Positions 1 to 10,334 of a stretch of 64,000 nt of DNA are shown piece after piece. Each line of letters opens with the position of its first letter. The stretch's first letter is position 1. A model generated the notes under the pieces. The model had not been told where the DNA came from. It searched no databases and was given only the letters and a program-made list of their open reading frames with translations. Origin of the DNA: an uncultured Clostridia bacterium. Its GTDB lineage: Bacteria; Bacillota; Clostridia; TANB77; CAG-465. The position numbers and the translations under genes are program-made. Location of the stretch: positions 4,122 through 68,121 of the forward strand of contig CALXJF010000004.1 in assembly GCA_944388575.1 (NCBI GenBank), in the 5' to 3' direction.

Positions 1-265
1 TATCTGAAAGTAATAATTCGACAACCTTTATATGTCCATTTTTTGAAGCTAACCTTATTGCCTCATTATTATTTGCTGCAGGATTTACTCTTCCATCTTT
101 TAATAATATTTCAATAATTTCACTCCAGCCCTTATATACAGCTTTTTCAAACAAATTAGTCCAATATATAGGATCAAACCTACATTTATCAGATAATGAC
201 TCTTTTATCTCTTGTAATGTGTACTTTCCAAACTTTTTTGTCCTACCTTCGTATTTTGGTTTCAT
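1..265 (-). CDS. ankyrin-repeat protein, N-terminal part (gene runs off the window start)
   Basis: Not in the ORF track because no stop lies in the window. ATG at 263-265 is preceded by AAGGAG. The translation MKPKYEGRTKKFGKYTLQEIKESLSDKCRFDPIYWTNLFEKAVYKGWSEIIEILLKDGRVNPAANNNEAIRLASKNGHIKVVELLLSD fits the ankyrin repeat consensus (A..GH...V.LLL). Confidence 0.55.
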   Translation of the reverse strand, partial: MKPKYEGRTKKFGKYTLQEIKESLSDKCRFDPIYWTNLFEKAVYKGWSEIIEILLKDGRVNPAANNNEAIRLASKNGHIKVVELLLSD

Positions 266-594
266 TTTAAGTACTCCTTTACTAAATATTTTGTATATAT
301 AAATTCTCATTGAATTTATTAACACGTAAATACATTATATTGAGACAACTTTAACTTACTTCAGTAAGTAATATACTTTTTGAATTTTTAAAAAGTTTTT
401 TCGACCATTTCATTTTGTTATTATATTATTTTTTACATAAAAAGTCAAATCTGTTATTTTATTGTTATTTTATTAAATTATATAATAAAAAATAATTTTG
501 TTTCAGTTTCTATGTAGGTCAAAAGCCTAGATTTTTTCTATAAAAATTGAGATGAATTTTTGTCCACCTCATTTTACTTTTTTTATTTATTATA

Positions 595-1230
595 TTACAA
601 TTCTAATATTTTATCTATTTCTGCACTTGATTTTTTTACTGATTCATTTATATAATCTTCCAAATCTTTTTTTGTTATAAATATATTCTCTTTTTCAAAA
701 TCAGAATTATTTATTATAAATAATTTATCTATTTTTTGTTTAATTTCATCATCTGGAGAAATTTGTTTTAATGTATTTTTTAATCTATCAAGATCTAAGT
801 CATATTTTTTTACAAGATACTTATTTATATTCTCATAATCATTACTTATATCTTTTGAAAATTCTTTATCTGATTTAGTAATATTATATTCTAAATACTC
901 TACTCTACTTACATCATTTGCATCAGTTTTAGCATACTTTCCTATATATTTATCAAACCATATTTTATCCTGTACTAAATGTGACAAGTATCCTAAAGTT
1001 TTTTCATCTTTTAAACTATTCTCATTTATTTTTTCATACATTAATATGTTTGGTAAATGTTTTACACTAGATTGTTCAATAACTTCTTCTAAATAATGTG
1101 TAATACTTTTATCTTTACCAGCTAGTTTTAATAGATCTGGCATCAGTTCACCAATTATAAACTTATCTGAGAACTTATATTTATTTTTTAATTTGTTTGC
1201 AACACATAAATGCATAACTAATGATCCCAT
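595..1230 (-). CDS. hypothetical protein, possibly a zinc-dependent phospholipase C-like metal hydrolase
   Basis: 211-aa ORF with a GAGGT SD, 23 nt downstream of mutS. Spaced H / PD / H / H..D residues (MHLCVA, MPDLL, THYL, SHLVQD) are reminiscent of the Zn-PLC fold. The family call is weak. Confidence 0.45.
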   Translation of the reverse strand: MGSLVMHLCVANKLKNKYKFSDKFIIGELMPDLLKLAGKDKSITHYLEEVIEQSSVKHLPNILMYEKINENSLKDEKTLGYLSHLVQDKIWFDKYIGKYAKTDANDVSRVEYLEYNITKSDKEFSKDISNDYENINKYLVKKYDLDLDRLKNTLKQISPDDEIKQKIDKLFIINNSDFEKENIFITKKDLEDYINESVKKSSAEIDKILEL

Positions 1231-1253
1231 ATTTCAACCTCATTTTCCCATAA

Positions 1254-3857
1254 TTATTTTAATTTTCCCTTTAATCTATATAATACATCTAACGCATCTT
1301 TTGGTGCTAATTCATCTAAATCTGTTTTTTCTAAAATTCTAGTTATTTCAGCCATTTTATAATTAAACATATCTACTTGAATTTCCTCAGTAGTAATCTT
1401 TTTCTTTTTTTCTTGAACGGCTTTTTTAGCTAAATCAACATTTTCTAATTCTTTTAAAATCTCTTTTGCCCTTTTTATAACTGTCTTTTCAATACCTGCA
1501 AGCTTCGCAACATAAATTCCATATGACTCATCTGCACCACCTGGAGTTATTTTTCTTAAGAAAATTACTTCATCACCTTTTTCCTTTACCTCAACAGAAT
1601 AATTTTTTACACCTTCAACTTTACCTTCTAACTCTATAAGTTCATGATAATGTGTTGCAAAAAGTGTCTTTGCTCCAATTTTTTCTTTATCTGCTACATA
1701 CTCTACAGTAGCCCAAGCAATTGCAAGTCCATCATAAGTAGATGTTCCTCTTCCTATTTCATCTAAAATTATCAAACTATTTTTAGTCGCATTTTCCAGT
1801 ATATTTGATAATTCTTGCATTTCTACCATAAAAGTAGATTGACCCATAGCTAAATCGTCAGAGGCTCCAATTCTTGTAAATATTCTATCTACAATTGATA
1901 TTTTAGCCTTTGTTGCCGGAACAAAACTTCCTACTTGAGCCATATATGTAATAATAGCTACCTGCCTCATATATGTTGATTTACCAGCCATATTTGGCCC
2001 TGTAATTAATAATAATCTATCAGACTCTTGATCCATATAAACATCATTTGGAATAAAATTATCAATTTTTATAGCTTTCTCAACTACTGCATGTCTTCCA
2101 TCTTTAATATCAATTACCCCATCTTCTACTATTTCTGGCTTTATATAGTTATTATCTATCGCAACATTTGCAAACGAACAAAGTACATCTAATATAGATA
2201 ATACATTTGCACACCTTTGAATCTTTATAACTTGCGATGCAATTTTTTGCCTAATTTCACAAAATAGTTTATATTCAATATCTACTAGCTTATCTTTAGC
2301 ACCAAGAATTTTATCTTCAATTTCTTTTAATTCTTCAGTAATATATCTTTCTGCACCAGCTAAAGTTTGTTTTCTTATATATCTATCTTCAGGTACTTGG
2401 GATTTGTATGAATTAGTAACTTCAATATAATATCCAAATACTCTATTATATCCAACTCTAAGCCATTTACCATGTATTCCAGTACGCTCTTTTTCCTTAG
2501 CCTCTAATTCCATTAACCAATTTTGTCCTTCAGTAGATGCTTTTCTATATTCATCTACCTGTTCATTAAATCCATCTTTAATTATTCCGCCCTCTTTAAT
2601 TGTTACCCCAGGATCATCAACAATAGATATATTTATTAACTGCTTTAAATCCTCTAAAGTATCTAACTCATTAAATAATTCCTTTAAATATATATTATCT
2701 GTCTTATTAATTAAATCAGCTAATGTATTTTTTATACTAGGTAACTTTTCAAACGAATTTTTTAAAGAGATTAACTCCCTTGCATTAGCACTTGCTCCAA
2801 CTACTTTTGAAATTAATCTTTCTATATCATAAACTGTTTTTAAAGAGTCCTCTAAATCATTTCTTAAAATATTATTATTTACTAAAACCTCAACTGCTGA
2901 TTGCCTCTTTATAATTTCATTCTTTTCAAGTAAAGGAGCTTCTAACCATTTTCTTATTTTTCTCCCACCCATAGCTGTTAAAGTTTTATCTAAAACCCAA
3001 AGCAAACTACCTTTTTTTACTTTTTCTCTATTTGACTCTAATATTTCAAGATTTCTTCTAGTATATGAATCGAGTTGCATATATTTTTCAATCTCATATT
3101 TCTTTATGCAATTTAATTGATTTATATTTGTCTTTTGAGTCTCTTCTACATAGTTTAACAATAAAGTACATGAATTATACTCTATATCTGATAATTTTAA
3201 ATTACTATTATTGACAATATCTTTTAATATAGCATTATTATCAAGATTATCATACCCAGAAATATAGATATTAAAAGCTTTCTCTAGTTCTTTTTTAAAA
3301 ATGTCAATTGTTTTATTAACATTTTTTAGCATAATTATTTCTGCTGGATTTATTCTTGCAATTTCATTGATTAGTTTTATATTATAATCCGTTCCTGTTA
3401 CATTTGAAACCATAAATTCACCAGTTGAAATATCACAAAAAGCAATTGAAGCATTATTAATTCCAAAAACTATCGAAGCTATATAATTATTCTTTTTTTC
3501 ATCAAGCATTGTAAGTTCTGTTATAGTTCCTGGTGTAATTATCTTTACAACATCTCTTTTTACAATTCCTTTAGCTTCTTTCGGATCTTCTAATTGTTCA
3601 CAAATAGCAACTTTATATCCTTTTTCCACTAATTTTGGAATATATGTATTAACAGCATGATGTGGTATACCACACATTGGAGCCCTTTCTTCTAATCCAC
3701 AATCTTTTCCAGTAAGAGTAAGTTCAAGTTCTCTGCTACAAGTTATAGCATCTTCAAAAAACATTTCATAAAAATCGCCTAATCTATAAAATAAAATACA
3801 ATCTTTGTATTTTTCTTTAGTTTCAATATACATTTGCATCATTGGTGTTAATGCCAT
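1254..3857 (-). CDS. mutS: DNA mismatch repair protein MutS
   Basis: 867 aa. N-terminal MMQMYIETKEKY..FYRLGDFYEMF, Walker A GPNMAGKST, and DEIGRGTSTYDG. Confidence 0.97.
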   Translation of the reverse strand: MALTPMMQMYIETKEKYKDCILFYRLGDFYEMFFEDAITCSRELELTLTGKDCGLEERAPMCGIPHHAVNTYIPKLVEKGYKVAICEQLEDPKEAKGIVKRDVVKIITPGTITELTMLDEKKNNYIASIVFGINNASIAFCDISTGEFMVSNVTGTDYNIKLINEIARINPAEIIMLKNVNKTIDIFKKELEKAFNIYISGYDNLDNNAILKDIVNNSNLKLSDIEYNSCTLLLNYVEETQKTNINQLNCIKKYEIEKYMQLDSYTRRNLEILESNREKVKKGSLLWVLDKTLTAMGGRKIRKWLEAPLLEKNEIIKRQSAVEVLVNNNILRNDLEDSLKTVYDIERLISKVVGASANARELISLKNSFEKLPSIKNTLADLINKTDNIYLKELFNELDTLEDLKQLINISIVDDPGVTIKEGGIIKDGFNEQVDEYRKASTEGQNWLMELEAKEKERTGIHGKWLRVGYNRVFGYYIEVTNSYKSQVPEDRYIRKQTLAGAERYITEELKEIEDKILGAKDKLVDIEYKLFCEIRQKIASQVIKIQRCANVLSILDVLCSFANVAIDNNYIKPEIVEDGVIDIKDGRHAVVEKAIKIDNFIPNDVYMDQESDRLLLITGPNMAGKSTYMRQVAIITYMAQVGSFVPATKAKISIVDRIFTRIGASDDLAMGQSTFMVEMQELSNILENATKNSLIILDEIGRGTSTYDGLAIAWATVEYVADKEKIGAKTLFATHYHELIELEGKVEGVKNYSVEVKEKGDEVIFLRKITPGGADESYGIYVAKLAGIEKTVIKRAKEILKELENVDLAKKAVQEKKKKITTEEIQVDMFNYKMAEITRILEKTDLDELAPKDALDVLYRLKGKLK

Positions 3858-4016
3858 ATTTTACCTCTTCTTTCTATTTTAAAAACTAAGTTTATTATAT
3901 CAAAAAAAAGCTTAAAATACAACAAAAACATAAAGTTAAAATATCAAAACTCTTAACCTTAAATTTATATATAAATCATATTCTATGCACATTTATAGAA
4001 ATTTTTAAATACGAAG

Positions 4017-4045
4017 TTGACATATTAAATAGCTAGTGATATAAT
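4017..4045 (+). promoter_or_regulatory. sigma-A type promoter
   Basis: TTGACA, 17-nt spacer, TATAAT, about 50 nt upstream of ORF 4095. Confidence 0.5.
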
Positions 4046-4094
4046 TAAATTCATATTATTCATGTAATACTAATAAAATTAGGAGGTATAAATA

Positions 4095-4490
4095 ATGAGT
4101 GAACTAAGAATTGGTGACGTACGGTCAAGAGGTTGTATGTGGACTTTAGGGCCAGCATCTGAAGAGGCTAATGTAAATATAAATCTAATGATAGCTCTAC
4201 TTGATGCAGCATATTATAAAATTCCTTACGAGTCTATTTATAATCTAAAGAAAAAAAGGATACCCTATTGGCCTCAACTTTACACAAAAGAAGAACTTCT
4301 AAACAGCTCGAGAAATGTACCTATTAATGATCTTATAGAAGCTAATTTAATAACTCCAACAAGCCAGTTACAAGAGCATTTCTTTTTAACAACAAAAGCT
4401 TTAAAAATTTTTTTAAGAGCAAAAGAAATTGATATAAAACTATCAAAACAAGAGTTTCATTGTTGTCCGTGCATATGCCAATTTTTCTAA
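4095..4490 (+). CDS. hypothetical protein with a Cys-rich C-terminus
   Basis: 131-aa ORF with a strong SD (AGGAGG) and its own promoter. I recognise no family. The C-terminus is HCCPCICQFF. Confidence 0.55.
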   Translation: MSELRIGDVRSRGCMWTLGPASEEANVNINLMIALLDAAYYKIPYESIYNLKKKRIPYWPQLYTKEELLNSSRNVPINDLIEANLITPTSQLQEHFFLTTKALKIFLRAKEIDIKLSKQEFHCCPCICQFF

Positions 4491-4508
4491 AAATAACAGG
4501 TTGGATAA

Positions 4509-5585
4509 CTATTTCCAACCTGTTTCTATATCTAACATTTTTGCATATTTTTCAAAATCATCCTCTATATTACCAACAATCTCTTCCAATATATCCTCCA
4601 TAGTAATAACACCAATAGCTATATTTTTTTCTTTTACGATAATAGCCATATGTTCTTTATTCTTTTTCATATCATGAAATAATAAATCTATCCTCTTTCC
4701 ACTAGAAACATACATGCATGGTTTTACATATTTTTTAGTTTCAAAATCCTTTATATATTTTTTTTCAAAGCTATCCTTTAATATATTTTTTACATTCATA
4801 ATTCCAATTATATTTCTTTTATCTCCATCACAAACAGGGATTCTTGTATAACCTGAATTAATTATTATCTCTTTAATATCCTTTTTACTACTATTAATAT
4901 CTAATACTGTTACTTCTTCTATACCTTTCATTATATCTTTAGCAGTCATTTCATCAAGTTTTAAAAAATTAGAAATTATATTACCTTCTTGATTTGATAA
5001 ACTTCCTTGTTCTCTTACTATTTCCACTTCTTCCCTTACTTCAGAATCTTTATATGAAATTTTATCTTTACCATTAAAATTAAAGATTCTCATAATTAAT
5101 TCATCTGTAGTTTTTAAAAATTTATTTATCGGAGAAAAGATTTTTGCTATTATATATATAATATCTATTGTCTCTAATACAATTTTATTTCTTTTCTTAA
5201 TTGCTATTGATTTAGGAATTACTTCTGCAAAAACATATAAAAAATACGAAAGAACTATAACTGTCAATAAAATAATAATATATTTTAATACATATAACGT
5301 ACCAGGAGATGTAAATTTAAATTGTTGATATATTGGACTTGCAAATATTTCAACAATTAATGCACCTAGCCATAAATTACAAAAAGATATTCCAGACTTT
5401 ATAGAATATACAAAAGTACTAGATTTGTTTAATATAAATTTTAACTTTTTTATTTTCTTTTTATCTTTGATTTGATCTATTCCTAACTCTTTTTCCTTCA
5501 CCGAAAGATAAGCTGTACCTATTGCACTCATATACCCCATTACTAAAAAAATAATTATACTTGTTATAATTTCTAAATAAATCAT
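4509..5585 (-). CDS. CNNM/TlyC-type membrane protein (DUF21 plus CBS pair), apparently lacking the CorC_HlyC C-terminal domain
   Basis: N-terminal TM helices followed by a CBS-pair region (TAKDIM..., GIMNVKNIL, AIGVITMEDILEEIVGNIEDDF). Start moved to ATG 5585, which has a GAGGA SD. Confidence 0.8.
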   Translation of the reverse strand: MIYLEIITSIIIFLVMGYMSAIGTAYLSVKEKELGIDQIKDKKKIKKLKFILNKSSTFVYSIKSGISFCNLWLGALIVEIFASPIYQQFKFTSPGTLYVLKYIIILLTVIVLSYFLYVFAEVIPKSIAIKKRNKIVLETIDIIYIIAKIFSPINKFLKTTDELIMRIFNFNGKDKISYKDSEVREEVEIVREQGSLSNQEGNIISNFLKLDEMTAKDIMKGIEEVTVLDINSSKKDIKEIIINSGYTRIPVCDGDKRNIIGIMNVKNILKDSFEKKYIKDFETKKYVKPCMYVSSGKRIDLLFHDMKKNKEHMAIIVKEKNIAIGVITMEDILEEIVGNIEDDFEKYAKMLDIETGWK

Positions 5586-5749
5586 TATTTTCCTCACTTA
5601 TATAAAAATTTAATTATACATATTATATAACAATTTTATATAATTCATCAATCCCTTAAAGTATAAATTTTTTTATTAAGTAAAAGAAAATATTAAATTC
5701 TAACTATAACAATATTATTTATTTACTTTCAATTACATTTATTATCAAT

Positions 5750-6274
5750 TCATATAACACCTACATTAACTAAACATATTGCCACTATTGTAGCAACAAA
5801 ATCTGCTAAAAGTCCAGCAATTAAAATTCCTCTCATTTTCTTTATTTTTACTGCACCCAAAAATACTGTAATAGTATATAATGTTGTCTCATTTGCACTC
5901 ATAATTATAGAAGCCATTTTCCCTGCGACACTATCTGGTCCTTGTGTTTTAAATATATCCATTACTGCAGACATAGAGGCTCCACCAGAAAGAGGCCTTA
6001 AAATACAAAGTGGTAAAATTTCAACAGGTATATTTAATTTTTCAAGTAAAGGTTTTATAGGATATATGATAACATCAATAGCACCTGTTCCTTTTAAAAG
6101 TCCTATTGCAATTGTTATTGCAAGAATATATGGAAATATGTTATATACTACTTTCAATCCACTAATAACTCCATCAATAAAGTATTTAAATACATCTTTT
6201 TTCTCTTTTATACCAATAACTATAATTGTTAAAATTGTTAATGGTATTATTGAAACAATAAAATAATTTAACAT
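5750..6274 (-). CDS. spmB: spore maturation protein B (nucleoside-recognition domain)
   Basis: 174-aa polytopic protein directly downstream of spmA, the typical spmA-spmB pairing. Confidence 0.8.
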   Translation of the reverse strand: MLNYFIVSIIPLTILTIIVIGIKEKKDVFKYFIDGVISGLKVVYNIFPYILAITIAIGLLKGTGAIDVIIYPIKPLLEKLNIPVEILPLCILRPLSGGASMSAVMDIFKTQGPDSVAGKMASIIMSANETTLYTITVFLGAVKIKKMRGILIAGLLADFVATIVAICLVNVGVI

Positions 6275-6282
6275 TTAAACCT

Positions 6283-6855
6283 CTACATTTTTTTATTTAA
6301 AATTTTAATGCTAATTAATCCTATAATTAATGCAATGATAGTAACTATCCACACCGGCACTATGATTTCGCTTGGATTTTTCGAACCATATAAAGCTCTC
6401 ATTGCTATCATACTAGTTGGTATTAATTGTAATGAAGCTGTATTAATTAAAACAAAAGTTGTTATATTATCATTTGGTAAACTCTTAATTGGATTTTCTT
6501 TTTGCAATTCTTCCATAGCCTTTATTCCATTTACAGTAGAGGCATTTCCTACTCCAATTATATTAGTAGATATATTCATACTCATATATTCAACACTCTT
6601 TTTCGATAGTTCTTTTTTGTTAAAAATTTTATAAATAAAGCGTTTAAAAAAATTTCCAAACTTTTCAATAGCACTAGTATTTTCAAAGATATTAAAAATA
6701 CCACTCCAAAAACAAGTCATCGCAATCAACGAAAATATATTTTCTATTGCATTTTGTCCACTTTCCATAATATTTGTTATAACATTTTCTGTATAACCTG
6801 TAAAAAAAGCAACCACTATACTTACTACAATCATAAATGACCATATTTTAGACAT
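6283..6855 (-). CDS. spmA: spore maturation protein A
   Basis: Close match from memory to Bacillus SpmA (GVGNASTVNGIKAMEELQKENP, LIPTSMIAMRALYGSKNPSEII). Start set at ATG 6855 after a GGAGGCG SD. Confidence 0.82.
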   Translation of the reverse strand: MSKIWSFMIVVSIVVAFFTGYTENVITNIMESGQNAIENIFSLIAMTCFWSGIFNIFENTSAIEKFGNFFKRFIYKIFNKKELSKKSVEYMSMNISTNIIGVGNASTVNGIKAMEELQKENPIKSLPNDNITTFVLINTASLQLIPTSMIAMRALYGSKNPSEIIVPVWIVTIIALIIGLISIKILNKKM

Positions 6856-6982
6856 AAAATACGCCTCCAACAATCTTTACTTTTAAAAATATATGTTATA
6901 TAATTAAAATATATTCATATCGTTTTGTGCATATTTGTATTTATAAATAATATAATTAATTATAATTTATAGGAGGTATTTT

Positions 6983-7171
6983 ATGAAAGGCTTTAGATTA
7001 AATCCAGATAAAGAATACGTTAATAAAATAATAGAAGGAACTCATAAAAAAAATGGACATTGTCCATGCAGAGTAAAACAAGATGACTCAACTCTTTGTC
7101 CATGTGATGAATTTATCAAAGAAGGAATTTGTAAATGTAAATTATTTATACCAATAAAAAATAATGAGTAA
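6983..7171 (+). CDS. ferredoxin-thioredoxin reductase catalytic-subunit-like mini protein
   Basis: 62 aa with the CPC..CPC..CKCKLF cysteine pattern (HCPCRV...LCPCDEF...GICKCKLFI), characteristic of the FTR catalytic domain. AGGAGG SD. Confidence 0.7.
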   Translation: MKGFRLNPDKEYVNKIIEGTHKKNGHCPCRVKQDDSTLCPCDEFIKEGICKCKLFIPIKNNE

Positions 7172-7195
7172 GGTTTAATACACTTACTCATTATT
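7160..7195. terminator. bidirectional hairpin shared by convergent genes
   Basis: AATAATGAGTAAG / CTTACTCATTATT, a 13-bp stem that overlaps both stop codons. Confidence 0.6.
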
Positions 7196-7979
7196 CATAT
7201 AAATCATTTAATACTTTTGTTAATTTTCTACTCTTTCTTCTTCTTTTTAATATATCTAGATAATTAAAACTAAATTTACATATCATTTTAGCTACTACAT
7301 TTATAATTATTACTATAAAAAATGCTTTAATAAAAACTAAAAATATTTTTAAAGGGTTTAACATAATTTCCGCAATGTCTATATTTTTTAAACTATCAAA
7401 ATTTATAAATTCATTAAATTTATCTAATATAGATGTATCCACGTTAGAAATAGTACCTGCAATAAATCCAGTATTTATATTTTCATTTTCTTTATTAATA
7501 GTTTGTGTAACTTCTGAACTATTAATTTGTATTTTTGATGAAACATCTCCAATATTTATGTAACCGCTATTAGTTAATACTCTAATATCTTTTAATTTGA
7601 TATTTGCATATGATACTTTTAGACTTGACTTTGAAATAAATTTTATTTTTATTATATCATTACTTCTAATATTACTAATTACAAAAGTATTATTAGTTGT
7701 ATCGTATTCAATATTTTTACCTATATTATATAAAACAATATCACTTTTAGATACTTGATTAAAAATATGTTCATCATAATCCAATGTAAATTCAACTTTT
7801 TGTATGGTTTCATCTGATAACAAATTAGAAGTATTCAATGTAGCAAAAATTTCTTCATTTGGTCCTATACTCTCTTTACTAAAATTTAACTTAATATTTA
7901 AATTACTTACACCATATAGATTCTTTATACATAAAAAACATATTATAATCAGACTAAACATAATTTTTATTTTTCTCAT
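7191..7979 (-). CDS. signal-peptide protein with a cohesin-like beta domain and a C-terminal membrane anchor
   Basis: 262 aa with an N-terminal hydrophobic signal and a C-terminal TM plus basic tail (RRRKSRK). The central region resembles cohesin-type domains (EFTLDYDEHIF). The family call is weak. Confidence 0.5.
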   Translation of the reverse strand: MRKIKIMFSLIIICFLCIKNLYGVSNLNIKLNFSKESIGPNEEIFATLNTSNLLSDETIQKVEFTLDYDEHIFNQVSKSDIVLYNIGKNIEYDTTNNTFVISNIRSNDIIKIKFISKSSLKVSYANIKLKDIRVLTNSGYINIGDVSSKIQINSSEVTQTINKENENINTGFIAGTISNVDTSILDKFNEFINFDSLKNIDIAEIMLNPLKIFLVFIKAFFIVIIINVVAKMICKFSFNYLDILKRRRKSRKLTKVLNDLYE

Positions 7980-8126
7980 TTTTAAACACCATCTTTTATT
8001 ATATCTATTGTTTCGAAATTTACATAATTATTATATCATATTTTTTTATTTTGTAAAGCTTTTTAATCGATTTTATGTAAATTTATTTTTTCCATCGCCT
8101 GTATCTTAATAATTTTTAAAATTGTA

Positions 8127-8155
8127 TTGAAATTATCTGTGACTTGATGTATAAT
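8127..8155 (+). promoter_or_regulatory. promoter of the tRNA-Arg pair
   Basis: TTGAAA, 17-nt spacer, TATAAT with an extended -10 TG, ending 8 nt before the first tRNA. Confidence 0.55.
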
Positions 8156-8163
8156 AGTTATAT

Positions 8164-8240
<77 letters not shown>

Positions 8241-8243
8241 TAC

Positions 8244-8319
8244 GCTTCTGTAGCTCAGTGGATAGAGCAGCGACCTCCTAAGTCGTTGGTCGGACGTTCG
8301 ATTCGTCTCAGGAGCACCA
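8244..8319 (+). tRNA. tRNA-Arg (anticodon CCT), CCA encoded
   Basis: Acceptor GCTTCTG/CAGGAGC, anticodon loop CTCCTAA, T-loop GTTCGATTC. Confidence 0.92.
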
Positions 8320-8327
8320 AAATATTT

Positions 8328-8371
8328 AGAGCCAAGCGGATTCATACAATTTTCGCTTAGCTCTATTTTTT
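8328..8371 (+). terminator. rho-independent terminator after the tRNA pair
   Basis: AGAGCCAAGCG / CGCTTAGCTCT stem with one mismatch, followed by a T-run. Confidence 0.65.
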
Positions 8372-8516
8372 ACTTTTTCTGACTTTTTCCCAACTCTGTT
8401 TTGGTAGTAGCACACTTAAGTTATTTTATTTAACATTACTTCTAATATTTTATTATATACTCCTCATTCTCATCATATATGTATATATCTCCATATATTT
8501 TAATGTAATTATATTA

Positions 8517-8765
8517 TTTAACCTTTCTTAATTCTTTGAAAAACTCCGTTAATATTTTTGACCAATCTTCACAATTATCTAAATATTCATACTCAACCTT
8601 ATGAGTAAAATTTTCATCTAAAATGTTACACACTGAACCAACACAACCATTTTTGCAATCTTTTGCTCCACTTTGTTCTATTAACTTTTGTAATTTAAAA
8701 TTAATATTTAAATTAATGGCTTGTTTAGTTGTTCAATTAAAACCTACTACACTTTCATCGCCTAG
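8517..8765 (-). pseudogene. chimeric remnant: tadA 3' fragment fused to an internal cwlD fragment
   Basis: 8517-8670 aligns to 10519-10681 (tadA 3' end, about 8 mismatches in about 150 nt). 8660-8765 aligns to 11433-11535 (inside cwlD). The junction lies at the shared 11-mer CTTTTGCTCCA. Confidence 0.75.
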
Positions 8766-8806
8766 TTTTTTCCAATAATCCTAAAACTTAAAATTAAAAA
8801 TTTTAT

Positions 8807-9997
8807 TTATTCTAACATCCACTCTAAAGCATTTTTTACTATTATACCTTCTTCGTTAGATACTGGTATTTTATCCATAGTTAATATCATCTTTTCATAA
8901 TTATCATTAATTCTTTGTAATGAATTTAACTCTCTCTTTAATATTTTATTCTCATTATCTTTTAATGTTTCACATACCTGTACATATTTTTTTCCACTAC
9001 TATTGATTGCAACAAAGTCAACTTCATAATCATCAACTTTTCCAACATATACTTCATATCCTCTTCTTAGTAATTCAAGATAAACTATATTTTCTAATAT
9101 ATGACCTCTATCTCCTAGTTTTCTTCCAAGCATAAAATATCTTAAGCCTTGGTCTGAAACATAATATTTTTCACCTGTTTTTAGGTATTGTTTTCCTTTT
9201 ATGTCATATCTACTAGCTTTATATAAAAAGAATGATTCTGTAAATCCTTCTAAATATCTTTCTACAGTTCTAACATTTATTTGTCTTCCATCACTTGTCA
9301 TCGTATTAGCTATACTATTAATTGAAACAAGATTTCCAATATTGTCCAAAGCAAAATTTGCAACACTTTTTAACATTGTTTCATCTGATATTCCCTTTCG
9401 TAGCATTATATCTTTAATTATAATATCATTATACAAATTTCCTAAATATACACTTATTTCATCTTCTTCTAATTGTACTGTATAAGGAAATGAACCTAAA
9501 GAAATATATCTTTTATACACTTCTTCTAAATCATTTATATCTATTGTTTCTTTATATTCCTTAAAAGATAATGGTAACATTTTTATTTCAACATACCTTC
9601 CAGAAAGTAATGTTGCAAGTTCTGAAGATAATAGATTTGCATTTGATCCAGTTATATATAAATCAACATTTTTATTTATATATAAACTATCAGCTACTTT
9701 TTGAAAATTTGGAATTATTTGAATCTCATCTATAAAAACATAATTCTTTTTATCAGATTTTAATTTATCATTTATATAATTATATAAATCCATATAATTT
9801 TTTATAAAGTTATATTTCAAGTCTTCTAAATTTACACTGATTATTTGTTCTTGCTCGATACCTATCTCTTTTAAATAGTTCTTATACAACTCTAGTAATG
9901 TACTTTTCCCACATCTCCTTATTCCTGTAACAATCTTTATTAATTCTTTATCTTTAAATTTTTTTAATTTATCTATATATTCTGGTCTTTGTATCAT
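8807..9997 (-). CDS. AAA+ ATPase of the AAA_14/DUF4143 family
   Basis: 396 aa. N-terminal IKIVTGIRRCGKSTLL (Walker A), FIDEIQ (Walker B), and the C-terminal region typical of DUF4143 proteins. Confidence 0.85.
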   Translation of the reverse strand: MIQRPEYIDKLKKFKDKELIKIVTGIRRCGKSTLLELYKNYLKEIGIEQEQIISVNLEDLKYNFIKNYMDLYNYINDKLKSDKKNYVFIDEIQIIPNFQKVADSLYINKNVDLYITGSNANLLSSELATLLSGRYVEIKMLPLSFKEYKETIDINDLEEVYKRYISLGSFPYTVQLEEDEISVYLGNLYNDIIIKDIMLRKGISDETMLKSVANFALDNIGNLVSINSIANTMTSDGRQINVRTVERYLEGFTESFFLYKASRYDIKGKQYLKTGEKYYVSDQGLRYFMLGRKLGDRGHILENIVYLELLRRGYEVYVGKVDDYEVDFVAINSSGKKYVQVCETLKDNENKILKRELNSLQRINDNYEKMILTMDKIPVSNEEGIIVKNALEWMLE

Positions 9998-10334
9998 ATT
10001 AAATTCACCTCCTTATTTTATTATACTCATTATACAATATAATATTCTTTTTATCAAGTTTTTGTATTATAAATACAAAAATTATATTTTTTTTTGTTTT
10101 TTTGTATTATAATAAAAATATATTATTAGTTTTCATTAATTATTTGTCCAATAAAAAGTACATTAATAATAATTATAGTTTTATTTTCACCTATTCCAAT
10201 TTTATTTATTTTTTCATAATAGTAACTTAAAAATCATTTTATAATTATTTGCTTTTAAATTTGTCATAATTTATAAAAAAGGTGATATACTTTAGTAAAT
10301 TGATTGATATTTATATCTACCGTAAAAAACAACT

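Noticed and set aside
10057-10111. Repeated TTTTTGTATTATAA motifs and a palindrome upstream of the DUF4143 ATPase as a defined operator.
   Set aside because: Pure AT-rich repeats in a roughly 20% GC spacer can arise by chance. It is noted under the duplication finding but not called as a feature.
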